From Candidatus Omnitrophota bacterium (GTDB lineage: Bacteria; Omnitrophota; Gorgyraeia; Gygaellales; Profunditerraquicolaceae): a DNA stretch of 16,147 nt. Position 1 is the first letter of the stretch; every line of letters starts with the position of its first letter. The notes under the pieces were generated by a model. The model was given only the letters and a program-made list of their open reading frames with translations, ran no database searches and had not been told where the DNA came from. The position numbers and the translations under genes were made by a program. Where the stretch lies: positions 1-16,147 of the forward strand of contig JBEKSD010000027.1 of NCBI GenBank assembly GCA_049517335.1. The letters are read 5' to 3'. Of the stretch, positions 1-8,478 are shown piece after piece.

Positions 1-30
1 TTATGGAGGGTAAAGGAAAATATAGAGTTA

Positions 31-1473
31 TCAGGATATTTTTATATCTTCAATGTGGTTTGAAGGGTTGGAGATAAGGTTAATTTTAACCTTGGAATTA
101 TGCTCAATTGCCCTTAAACTCTCTTTTTCTTTAAGGATTTCATCCACGATCAAAGGCGAAAGAGTAAGGTTTACAGTTTTAAGGCTCTTGCCCTTGAGAT
201 AACGTTTAAGCTCTTTTAAAGCATGGATAGCAATGGTCACCGGAGACCTTACCCTGCCCTTCCCCTGGCAATACGGGCAAATCTGATAAGAAAGCATCTG
301 GACAGTCTTATGCACGCGCTCCCGGGTCATTTCAATCAAGCCGAATTTGGATACCCCGGCTATGTCATATTTGGCCTTATCTTTATTTAAGGCATTTTTT
401 AAAACGTTGAGGACTTCGCGGCGGTGACCTTCTCTCTCCATATCAATAAAATCTATAACAATAATCCCGCCTAAATCCCGCAGGGCAAGCTGACGGGCAG
501 CTTCAACGGCCGCCTCGCAATTAACTTTAAAAGCCGCTTCCTCCTGTGAAATTTTTTTCCTGAATCCTCCGCTGTTTACGTCTATAACCACAAGCCCTTC
601 TGTCGGTTCAATTATCAGGTAGGCTTTGGATTTTAAGTAAACCTTGCTTTCAAAAATCCTGTTAATCTGGCGCTCAATATCTTTTTCCTCAAAAAGGTCA
701 TCCCCCTTATAAAGCTCTACCTTATTATAAAGGTAACTTAAGAAAGTCTTCATAAAATGTTTAATGCGGTAGAATTCGGGTTTGGAATCAACAATAAGTT
801 TTGAAACGTCGTCGCTAAAAGAATCGCGTATTGCCCTTAAGGTAAGGTCGTACTCTTCATAGATTAACGCGGGCGCTTTTTTCTGCTGGACTATCTTCTC
901 CAGCCTCTTCCAGAGCTTATAAAGAAACTGCGCGTCGCGCATCAGCTCCTGTTTTGATTTTCCGCTTGCGGCAGTGCGCACGATAAAACCCACATCTTTC
1001 GGAAGCTTAAGCTCCGCAAAAATCTGTCTCAAGCGCTTCCTTTCAGCATCATCCTCAATCCTGCGCGAAATGCCGACCGAGCTGCCATAAGGCATAATGA
1101 CAAGGTATCTTCCTGCAAGGCCTATCTGCGAAGAAAGCCGCGGGCCTTTTGTGCCAAAGGATTCCTTGACTACCTGTACCAATACTTCCTGCCCTTTTTT
1201 CGCTTCAAAGGGGGCCTTATTCGGGACAATTTCCGCCGCTTCATACGCCGATTCAACTTCCGAAAGGTACAAAAAACCTTTTTTCAGCAAGCCTATGTCC
1301 ACAAAAGCTGCACCTATGGAAGGAAGTACCGCCTCAACGCGGCCCTTATAAATATTCCCCACTATTGTTTTGTCCTGCGGCCGCTCGATATAAAACTCTT
1401 CCAGCTGTCCGTCGGAAACAACGCCTACGCGCTTTTCCTGCGGCACAATATTGATTAAGATTTCTTTAGGCAT
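31..1473 (-). CDS. rng: Ribonuclease G/E family endoribonuclease (RNase G-sized)
   Basis: 480 aa; S1 region GNIYKGRV...AAFVDIG, catalytic VIDVNSG, LRDLGGIIVIDFIDM, GLIEMTR and Zn-link CPYC; no long RNase E C-terminal tail. Confidence 0.95.
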   Translation of the reverse strand: MPKEILINIVPQEKRVGVVSDGQLEEFYIERPQDKTIVGNIYKGRVEAVLPSIGAAFVDIGLLKKGFLYLSEVESAYEAAEIVPNKAPFEAKKGQEVLVQVVKESFGTKGPRLSSQIGLAGRYLVIMPYGSSVGISRRIEDDAERKRLRQIFAELKLPKDVGFIVRTAASGKSKQELMRDAQFLYKLWKRLEKIVQQKKAPALIYEEYDLTLRAIRDSFSDDVSKLIVDSKPEFYRIKHFMKTFLSYLYNKVELYKGDDLFEEKDIERQINRIFESKVYLKSKAYLIIEPTEGLVVIDVNSGGFRKKISQEEAAFKVNCEAAVEAARQLALRDLGGIIVIDFIDMEREGHRREVLNVLKNALNKDKAKYDIAGVSKFGLIEMTRERVHKTVQMLSYQICPYCQGKGRVRSPVTIAIHALKELKRYLKGKSLKTVNLTLSPLIVDEILKEKESLRAIEHNSKVKINLISNPSNHIEDIKIS

Positions 1474-1488
1474 ATTTTAGTTATTCGC

Positions 1489-1532
1489 TTAACCCGTTGG
1501 CCTGTTGTCTAGTTTAACAGGTAACGGGCTAA
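1489..1532. repeat. Imperfect palindrome built of 7-8 nt units, overlapping the 3' end of the CDS
   Basis: CCCGTT(1493-1498)/AACGGG(1523-1528) and CCTGTT(1501-1506)/AACAGG(1516-1521) arms. Confidence 0.6.
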
Positions 1533-1818
1533 CGGACCTTATTTCAATACCTTCCGGTAACTCTGCCTGTAATTTGTTTTTAAAATCTTCCAAGGCTACT
1601 GGTATCCTCAAAATTATTGACGCTTCTTCATTATCGCTCTCTAAGCCCAATTTCAAAGCCCTTTTTATGCTGAATTTCGGATGCGGGCTGAAACCCTCGG
1701 TCATCTTAAGCGGTATTCCCGCCCTGCGCATTGCCCGCATAAAAAGACGCATAAGGTCAAGGTGGGATATATATTTCATCCATCCGGTTTTACTGAAAAT
1801 AAAAGTAATTTTATACAT
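1489..1818 (-). CDS. TIGR03936/DUF2344-type radical SAM-associated protein, short form
   Basis: Motif KYISHLDLMRLFMRAMRRAGIP...EGFSPHPKFS; the family is commonly upstream of rng. ATG at 1818 preferred over the TTG at 1827. Confidence 0.85.
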   Translation of the reverse strand: MYKITFIFSKTGWMKYISHLDLMRLFMRAMRRAGIPLKMTEGFSPHPKFSIKRALKLGLESDNEEASIILRIPVALEDFKNKLQAELPEGIEIRSVSPLPVKLDNRPTG

Positions 1819-1842
1819 ATAGGGCAAAAAGTAAAAGGGTGG

Positions 1843-3417
1843 TTACTTCTTCTTTACTGCCGCGGTTTCTTCTTTCGCCAGTGTGCTTAAATTACCCTGT
1901 AATTTGGCGATTTGTTCCGGAGAAAATTCATTATCCTTGACTATATGCGCGCTGACAAACACAAGCAGGTCTATCTTAGAGGTATCATTGGTGTCTCTCT
2001 GAAATAAATTTCCCAACCAAGGAATGTCCTTTAAGAAAGGAATCCCCGTCCTGCCTCTGCTTTTTACATCTTTAAGCAACCCCCCGATAACAATGGTTTC
2101 CCCGTCTTTCATCAATACCCGCGTTTCCGCTTCCCTTGTGTCAATGATAGGGTATGAATTTGAACCCAATGTCGTGGTGAAAGAGCTGATTGCCGGATGT
2201 ATCACCATATTAATATAATCGTTGGCGCCGATCTGGGGGACTACGTTAAGCTGGATTCCGATATCCTGATAATAATCCAAAGTAACCGTAGTCACGGCAG
2301 TGGTCCCTGCGCCCGTATCGGTTGTCATTAAAATCGGGTATTTCGTGCCGATAAGTATGGTCGCTTCCTGATTATTCAGGGCCATAATCCGGGGCGCGGA
2401 AAGCGTATTGGTGTGCACATCTTCTTCAAGCGCGTGGACAAGTACTGAAAATTGCGTTCCAGTCAGCTTTTGGAATAACATACTAAAGCCGGAATCATAT
2501 GGATATATCCCGGATAAATCGGCTACAGGATTGAACGTTCCGGGCTTAACCTGCGAACTTAAAGAATTTCCCCCTATCTGCGTTGAATCACCAAGCGCAA
2601 CTGATTGAATTGTACTTGTAGTGGCGCCCGTTGAACCGGTTCCCCACTCAAATCCGATATCTCTTAACTTGTCCCGATCTACTTCCATAATTTTTGCTTC
2701 AATTAATACCTGCTTGGGGATCACATCAATCTGCTGAATAACCTCGCGAATCTTGTCCAAAACCGGCGGGATATCGCTGACAATCAATACTTTAGACCTG
2801 CCCACAGTAGTTTGGGTCTCCCTCTTGCGCGCGCCCATACTTTCACCCTTTACCGTCGCGGCAAATTGCCAGCCCGCCTGTCCGGACATCTCCAATACGG
2901 TAATTTTTCCGCGTGGAGAAAGCTGTGGATCAAGGGACTTCTTGGCATCCTGCGCGTCAATATACTTCAGCGTAAAAACTTCGGTTACCGTAGGCTGGAC
3001 CTGCGCAAGCTCTACCTCCTGTTTTTTCTGTTTAGTGAGCTTTTCAAGAGGAGAAACAATTATAATATTCCCCTGCCTTTCATAACCAAAATCGTAAGTT
3101 CTCAATACGGTATCAAGCGCTTTATCCCACGGGACATCAACCAGCCTTATCGTAACGTTACCGATAACATCGGGAGTAGTCACTATATTTACCCCTGCTT
3201 TATAAGAAATAATCCTTAAGACGTTCTGGATATCCGCATCCTTAAAATCAAGGGTGACGTTTTCCGCTTTCTCCGAGGCTACCGGGGCAACAGGGAGAGC
3301 CTCCTGTTTTGGCTGCTCCTGTTGTTTTGGCTGCTCCTGTTTTGCTTGTTCCTGTGCGTAAGCAAAATTTAGAATTCCGAATATTAAGCTTAAAGTTAAA
3401 ATCCCGGTTCTATTCAT
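1843..3417 (-). CDS. pilQ: Type IV pilus secretin PilQ (compact, no AMIN domains)
   Basis: Signal peptide ending AYA; N0 domain VTLDFKDADI...VPWDKALD; secretin motifs QVLIEAKIMEV, LSAPRI, GETIVIGGL, GIPFLKDIPWLGNLF; strong SD AGGGAGG; last gene of pilMNOP run. Confidence 0.95.
   Translation of the reverse strand: MNRTGILTLSLIFGILNFAYAQEQAKQEQPKQQEQPKQEALPVAPVASEKAENVTLDFKDADIQNVLRIISYKAGVNIVTTPDVIGNVTIRLVDVPWDKALDTVLRTYDFGYERQGNIIIVSPLEKLTKQKKQEVELAQVQPTVTEVFTLKYIDAQDAKKSLDPQLSPRGKITVLEMSGQAGWQFAATVKGESMGARKRETQTTVGRSKVLIVSDIPPVLDKIREVIQQIDVIPKQVLIEAKIMEVDRDKLRDIGFEWGTGSTGATTSTIQSVALGDSTQIGGNSLSSQVKPGTFNPVADLSGIYPYDSGFSMLFQKLTGTQFSVLVHALEEDVHTNTLSAPRIMALNNQEATILIGTKYPILMTTDTGAGTTAVTTVTLDYYQDIGIQLNVVPQIGANDYINMVIHPAISSFTTTLGSNSYPIIDTREAETRVLMKDGETIVIGGLLKDVKSRGRTGIPFLKDIPWLGNLFQRDTNDTSKIDLLVFVSAHIVKDNEFSPEQIAKLQGNLSTLAKEETAAVKKK
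3301..3354. repeat. In-frame tandem repeat (15/18 nt units) encoding QEQAK-QEQPKQ-QEQPK-QE
   Basis: CTCCTGTTTTGGCTG, CTCCTGTTGTTTTGGCTG, CTCCTGTTTTGCTTG, TTCCTG in tandem. Confidence 0.85.
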
Positions 3418-3427
3418 TATTCCTCCC

Positions 3428-3802
3428 TTAACTTAACTCAAATTCAACGATCTGACTGTCTTCCATAAGAATTATCTTATTTTCCAAAATTTTTAAAACG
3501 CGGTAGTCTCCAATGCGGTCACCTACCCCTACGACGATGCCATTTACGATAGCGTAAGATACGCCTTGTTTATCATAAATAATACCGCTTAAAGTTAATC
3601 CCCTACCCTGCTCTTCCTGCTGGAGCTTCAGGAGCCGGCCGTCGGGAGTAACCAACGGAATAAAAGGGTTACGCTTACCTTTAGCATCATAAACAAATTC
3701 ACCCTGAGCATACAGGATTGAAGATAAAAACAAAAAGCTTAATACTAAAATTGTTAGCCGGTTGCCTGTTGAACTGGTTAACGATCTTTTATTTTTTAAC
3801 AT
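3428..3802 (-). CDS. PilP/GspC-like pilus alignment protein
   Basis: N-terminal hydrophobic segment, RNPF motif (RDPF-like), beta domain LSGIIYD...AIVNG..VGVGDRIG.YRV; position between pilO and pilQ; no lipobox Cys. Confidence 0.75.
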   Translation of the reverse strand: MLKNKRSLTSSTGNRLTILVLSFLFLSSILYAQGEFVYDAKGKRNPFIPLVTPDGRLLKLQQEEQGRGLTLSGIIYDKQGVSYAIVNGIVVGVGDRIGDYRVLKILENKIILMEDSQIVEFELS

Positions 3803-4376
3803 AAGTTTTAATGACTAAGTTTGCCTTCTGCTTAAAATAATCAGCCTGTTGAGCGGAAATTTTAATCTCGGCGACCTTAATATAAACATCGCCTGCCTCA
3901 AGGGAATTTATGAATTTACCCAGCTGATGATAATCGCAAACCGTATCAAGCATAATGGTCAAAGGAATAAATTTTTCAGCTCCGGGAACCTTATCGCCTG
4001 CTGTACTACTCTCTTTTAAAGGCTTCATCTGCAGGATTTTCACATCAAGCTTATTTGCCGAATCGGATATATCTTGCAGCAGGTTTCCTATCTCTGAATC
4101 AGCGATTATTTTCTTCATTCCCTGAGGCTTAACCTTCGTTAACGCAGGGTTACTCTTAATTTTACGCATTTCAAGTATGCCTTTCTCAAATTCCGCCAGG
4201 TCAGCCTTATATTTGCCGATTTGAGATGAGAGCTTATTTAAAAAAGTCAGTTGCGGTTTTAAAACAAAAGAAACGTCAACGTAAGCCAGCATTAGGCAAA
4301 ATAGCACTACTAAAATTTTCTTTTGCTTATCCAGCCGGATTTCGTTTAACTTGGATAAATTTTTTAAATTCATCAT
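3789..4376 (-). CDS. pilO: Type IV pilus assembly protein PilO
   Basis: Single TM helix, coiled coil, LLQDISDSA and YHQLGKFINSLE motifs; ATGA overlap with pilN stop. Confidence 0.9.
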   Translation of the reverse strand: MMNLKNLSKLNEIRLDKQKKILVVLFCLMLAYVDVSFVLKPQLTFLNKLSSQIGKYKADLAEFEKGILEMRKIKSNPALTKVKPQGMKKIIADSEIGNLLQDISDSANKLDVKILQMKPLKESSTAGDKVPGAEKFIPLTIMLDTVCDYHQLGKFINSLEAGDVYIKVAEIKISAQQADYFKQKANLVIKTYVKK

Positions 4377-4960
4377 CTTTTCTTAAGTGTCCCAGTAAGC
4401 GTAAAATCAGATACTTCGTAACCTCCAATACTCCTGTTCTGGACTGAGGACAGCTCTAAATTATAAAAATCCCCGAAAAACCCCGGGTCAGTTTGCAAGC
4501 TGCTTAAAAATTTATGTATAAGACCCATGTCTTCTTTTTGCAAGGATATGACCGAGCCTTTTAAGACAAAATCCTTCTCATTTACGGATAAATCGTTAAA
4601 CCATACTCCGGCAGGAAGATTTAAGCTCAATTTATTGAGTTTCTGGGCCCAAGCTATCCTCTGGTTGGTAAGCTGCTGGAGAATAATGGCATCTTCCGAA
4701 AAAGCCGCGTGCATCTGCATAAAAGCATCCAGCTCTTTCCTTTGGCCTGTGAGGCCCGCCCATTTATTGGATAAGGAAGTAACCTTAACCCCTTTAACTG
4801 CGGTAAACAAACCTAAGAGAATATGAACGCACACCAATACGCAAAAGAATACCGGCAGAAGATAAACAAAATAAACCTCCTTAAGGGCAAACTTAAAACC
4901 AAGCCCATCGCTTTTAGGCTTTAGCTTTAACTCATCCGGCAATAAATTTATCGTAATCAT
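4373..4960 (-). CDS. pilN: Type IV pilus assembly protein PilN
   Basis: N-terminal INLLP PilM-binding motif, TM helix, LPAGVWF motif. Start placed at ATG 4960 (MITINLLP). Confidence 0.92.
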   Translation of the reverse strand: MITINLLPDELKLKPKSDGLGFKFALKEVYFVYLLPVFFCVLVCVHILLGLFTAVKGVKVTSLSNKWAGLTGQRKELDAFMQMHAAFSEDAIILQQLTNQRIAWAQKLNKLSLNLPAGVWFNDLSVNEKDFVLKGSVISLQKEDMGLIHKFLSSLQTDPGFFGDFYNLELSSVQNRSIGGYEVSDFTLTGTLKKR

Positions 4961-4964
4961 AATC

Positions 4965-5975
4965 TTAACGTAATCCAAGACCTAGGGCAACCGTAAGCTG
5001 GCCGGAAATCCCTTTTAATCTTTCTAGGTCAAGCCGTGGAGAAATATTAATCTTCTTTAAGGGATCCCAGACCTCAATATCCATCCCGAGTATATTTGAA
5101 AGCATTTCCCTTAAAGCGCCGAATTGCGCAGCCCCGCCGCTTAATAATATTTTGGCCACCGATGAAGCGCTCTGACTTTCATGAAAGTCAAAAGATGTCC
5201 TAATTTCTGTCGCTAAATTAGTCAGAACCGAATCAATCGCCGCACTGACCTTATTTGCGCCTGAATTATCGGGTTTAAGTTTAAGCAGCTCCGCCGCCTT
5301 AAAATCAATGGCAAAAATATCAGCAATCTTCTGGGTAAAATTATTACCTCCGAAATGCATATCGCGGCTTAAACGGGGCGAGCCGTCCTCCAGTATGCTT
5401 AAATTACTGATGGAAGCGCCGATATTTAACAAAGCCACGGCTTTAGGTTCTGCTGGCGAGCTTTGCGGATAATTAAAATTAAAGACGTTAATAAGGGCTA
5501 AAGCATCAATATCCGCAACTAAGACCTTAAAACCCGCGTCAGTTACAGTTTTTATGCGCTGGGAAATTATGTCTTTTTTGGCTGCGGCGAGCAAAACCAG
5601 CATTTTATTATCAGGAAAATCGTCTTTTAAAATAAAGCCACTAAGGTTTACATCCGATACGGGAAATGGGATATGTTTCTGCGCTTCAAATTTAAGCGCC
5701 TGATGCAATTCCGCTTCGCTCATCTTCGGAAAACTAACATAGCGGATAACGGTTGCCGGACCTGAGACGGAAATGTTAACCGTATCCAGCCCTAAGTTTT
5801 CCCTGATCTTTTTTAAGGCCCCAACAGGATCAATCTCCGAAGGCTCACAGCTAAAACCCGTTAATTCAACGCTTTCGGAAAAGAATTTTAATTTTACCGC
5901 CTTAATGGCAGAGCTACCTATATCAAGCCCGGCTGAAATCCTTTCCTTTTTTGTAGCTTTGAATAAATTTAGCAT
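4965..5975 (-). CDS. pilM: Type IV pilus assembly protein PilM (actin/FtsA-like)
   Basis: GLDIGSSAIK, EAQKHIPFP, LNIGAS, GGNNFT, ILLSGG, ALGLGLR motifs. ATG at 5975 preferred. Confidence 0.95.
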   Translation of the reverse strand: MLNLFKATKKERISAGLDIGSSAIKAVKLKFFSESVELTGFSCEPSEIDPVGALKKIRENLGLDTVNISVSGPATVIRYVSFPKMSEAELHQALKFEAQKHIPFPVSDVNLSGFILKDDFPDNKMLVLLAAAKKDIISQRIKTVTDAGFKVLVADIDALALINVFNFNYPQSSPAEPKAVALLNIGASISNLSILEDGSPRLSRDMHFGGNNFTQKIADIFAIDFKAAELLKLKPDNSGANKVSAAIDSVLTNLATEIRTSFDFHESQSASSVAKILLSGGAAQFGALREMLSNILGMDIEVWDPLKKINISPRLDLERLKGISGQLTVALGLGLR

Positions 5976-5983
5976 ATTAATGG

Positions 5984-6400
5984 CTATTCCTTTTTCCCGC
6001 AATCTTCAGAAAAAAACAGGCTCCCCGTTGAAATCGTGTACTCCGTTTTGCCTGTCAGGCGGCAGTTGCTTGGTACGGCATTGCAAATATAACCCGATTG
6101 CTCAAGTTTGGGGCAATTATATATATATCCCTTGAGCGGAGATATGGCGATATAATTCGTATCAAGGTAAGCAGGCTTGGATTGGGTAAGCAGAGTAAAG
6201 TTTACCGGATAGGCGCCTTTATTTTCCCGGGCGAAATTTTCCAAGGCAACTGAAATTGACTTTAAAGTCCGGGAAGCAGAAGATTCATTCTGCATCGTGG
6301 TGAATTCAATAATCCTTTCAGCAGCTATCCTTATGGCGAGAGCGGAGATAGCAATCAAAATCATTATGGCGATAAAACTTCTCCCCCGTTCATTTTGCAT
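5984..6400 (-). CDS. Pilin-like protein with non-canonical class III signal (G|RSFIA)
   Basis: Hydrophobic helix after ERG; NESSASRTLKSISVALENF...GAYP pilin-like helix; 4 Cys; ATG at 6400 has GGAG 6 nt upstream. Confidence 0.75.
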   Translation of the reverse strand: MQNERGRSFIAIMILIAISALAIRIAAERIIEFTTMQNESSASRTLKSISVALENFARENKGAYPVNFTLLTQSKPAYLDTNYIAISPLKGYIYNCPKLEQSGYICNAVPSNCRLTGKTEYTISTGSLFFSEDCGKKE

Positions 6401-6422
6401 TTCTATCTCCATGTTGCGTTGT

Positions 6423-6451
6423 ATTTTAACATAATCGGATACTGGCTGCAA
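6423..6451 (-). promoter_or_regulatory. Putative sigma70 promoter for the pilin-like gene and pilMNOPQ
   Basis: TTGCAG-17 nt-TAAAAT with TG extended -10, in the intergenic gap. Confidence 0.6.
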
Positions 6452-6457
6452 GAAGAA

Positions 6458-8365
6458 TTATATTTTAAGTTCATTTGCCTGCTTAAATTCAAAAGTGGCT
6501 TCTCTTTTTAAACCCCTGCTTAGGAAGGTGAGCCCTAAATTATAGTGGGCGTCGGCGTAACGCGGTTCAAGCTCAATGGCGCGGGTAAAAGCAGCCGAAG
6601 CTTCAGGCATTAAATTTCCGGCTACAAGTTTTATGCCCAAGTCATTATAAAACGCAGCGGCCTCCCACTTCCCCCGCCTTGAGCTTAAGAATTCCCTGAT
6701 AATTCTCAAGGCTTCTCTCTTATCCTTTGCCGTATCAAACTCAGGTAGCGATTTTAACAATTCCAAACTTGCCCCTTCCAAATCACCTTGATTTAGAATC
6801 AGCTTAGCGATATTAAAATGGGTAAAATGAAGCGCAGGGTCTAACTTTAAAGCGGCCCTGTACCTCTTTAGCGCTTCCTCAAATTTGCCTTCGCTTTCCA
6901 ATACACAGCCGATATTATTCTGGACCTCACCCGCTTTACCTTTGGGAGTGATTTTTTCAATTAGCGCGTATTCATTTTTTGCCTCGCTAAGCCTACCCAT
7001 TTTAAAATAAAGGTTGGCAAGATTTGAGTGCGCCTCAAGGAGGCCAGGCTTAATCTCCAGCGCCTCCTGGTATTCTTTTATAGCCAGATCGTATTGCCGG
7101 AGATATTCATATTGAAGGCCCAAATTATTATGCCCTTGAAAACTAGCCAGAGAAAAACGGATAAGCTTCTTGTAAAAAATAACCGGGTCTTTCCAATCAA
7201 AGTTCCTTGCCGCGGTGAGCGAAGCGTAATAAGTAAAAAGCCCGGCAAGCAAAACAAGGAACACTGTTTTCTTAAGTTGTTTAAACATAAAATGAGAAAT
7301 AAGAAGAAAGAAACTAATTGAAGACAGGTAAATAAAATGGTCGGAAATAAAGGCATTGATAGGTAGTATTCCCGACTGCGGTAGGAAAAATATAAGCGCC
7401 CAAAAGAGCATAAACGGATAGACCCCTTTGCGCTTTGCACGGAAGCTACGCCATAAAAATACAGAAATGGCTATAAAGATAAGCCCGGAAAAAAATATAC
7501 CGGAAAAAGTTACCGGCTTTAAAATTGTCCGGCTCATATGCAGGTCAAGAGGAAAAACTAACAGTTTAATATAGGTAAACACAACCTTTGGGAAAACAGT
7601 AAGCCGGGTAAAAAATGACAATTGGCTCAATGTCGGTGGCTGATAAGTAGAAAAATTCAAGAACGTTATACGCAATGTTAGATAGAAGAAATCAATAACA
7701 AAAAATATTAAAATAGAATTTAAAAAATATTTAAAGTTTAATTTTTCTCTTTTAAAATAATAAATAAAACTAAGGATTACCAAAGGAAATACCAGAGCCA
7801 GTTCTTTTGACAGTAGCCCGAGGGTAAAACAAACCGCCGAAAGGCATAAATAAACCTTCCTCTTTAAGCCCCTCCTTTCAACGGCTGCTATGAACAAAAG
7901 TAGACAACTAAGCAGGGATAACCCCATCAATAGCTCAGCCCTGCCTGAAATATAAGTTACCGATTCTACGGCCAGTGGACATAGAGCAAAAAGGGACGCG
8001 GTAGAAAATGCTACCGCTAAATTGCCATAGAGCCTGTAAACAAAAAGAAATACTAAAAACGAAACCAGAACCTGAAGGATCACGTTAGTAAGGTGATACC
8101 CGAAAGGATCAAGCTGCCAGAAATGGTAATCCCAGATGTAAGTTAAAGTCTGCAGGGGCCGGTAAAAGTTTGAGCCGGAAGCAACATGATAATAAAGGTC
8201 GTTTGAGAATGCTTCTAGCCAAAGATGCCAATTCCTGATCAGGGTGTTCTTCTCTATTAAGGCTAAATCATCCCAGATAAAAGGGCAATGGAGAGAGTTA
8301 AAGTAGGCGATAAAACAAAACAGGCTTAGCGAAACAAAAGCCAAAAAGAGCGTTTTTGCTTTCAT
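6458..8365 (-). CDS. TMTC-like (GT-C fold) polytopic membrane protein with C-terminal TPR repeats; putative protein glycosyltransferase
   Basis: FIWDD, FYRPL, GYHLTN, ESVTYISGRAELL and GLLSKE motifs; many TM helices; TPR units (HNNLG, AHSNLA, NNIG, AHYNLG). Confidence 0.8.
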   Translation of the reverse strand: MKAKTLFLAFVSLSLFCFIAYFNSLHCPFIWDDLALIEKNTLIRNWHLWLEAFSNDLYYHVASGSNFYRPLQTLTYIWDYHFWQLDPFGYHLTNVILQVLVSFLVFLFVYRLYGNLAVAFSTASLFALCPLAVESVTYISGRAELLMGLSLLSCLLLFIAAVERRGLKRKVYLCLSAVCFTLGLLSKELALVFPLVILSFIYYFKREKLNFKYFLNSILIFFVIDFFYLTLRITFLNFSTYQPPTLSQLSFFTRLTVFPKVVFTYIKLLVFPLDLHMSRTILKPVTFSGIFFSGLIFIAISVFLWRSFRAKRKGVYPFMLFWALIFFLPQSGILPINAFISDHFIYLSSISFFLLISHFMFKQLKKTVFLVLLAGLFTYYASLTAARNFDWKDPVIFYKKLIRFSLASFQGHNNLGLQYEYLRQYDLAIKEYQEALEIKPGLLEAHSNLANLYFKMGRLSEAKNEYALIEKITPKGKAGEVQNNIGCVLESEGKFEEALKRYRAALKLDPALHFTHFNIAKLILNQGDLEGASLELLKSLPEFDTAKDKREALRIIREFLSSRRGKWEAAAFYNDLGIKLVAGNLMPEASAAFTRAIELEPRYADAHYNLGLTFLSRGLKREATFEFKQANELKI

Positions 8366-8369
8366 CTTA

Positions 8370-8474
8370 AAGAATAAAAACAGGGACGGTTCTCAAAGTA
8401 AAACTGGGGCCGGAATTCCTGTCTGCCGACAGGTAAAAATTCCGGCCCCGATTCCGATTCAGAAAACCGCCCCT
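8370..8474 (-). terminator. Triple nested hairpin followed by a U-rich tract (terminator-like/REP-like)
   Basis: Outer arms 8382-8394/8462-8474, middle arms 8406-8417/8438-8449, inner CCTGTC-TGCC-GACAGG 8418-8433; GTTTTTATTCTT follows on the minus strand. Confidence 0.7.
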
Positions 8475-8478
8475 AATT

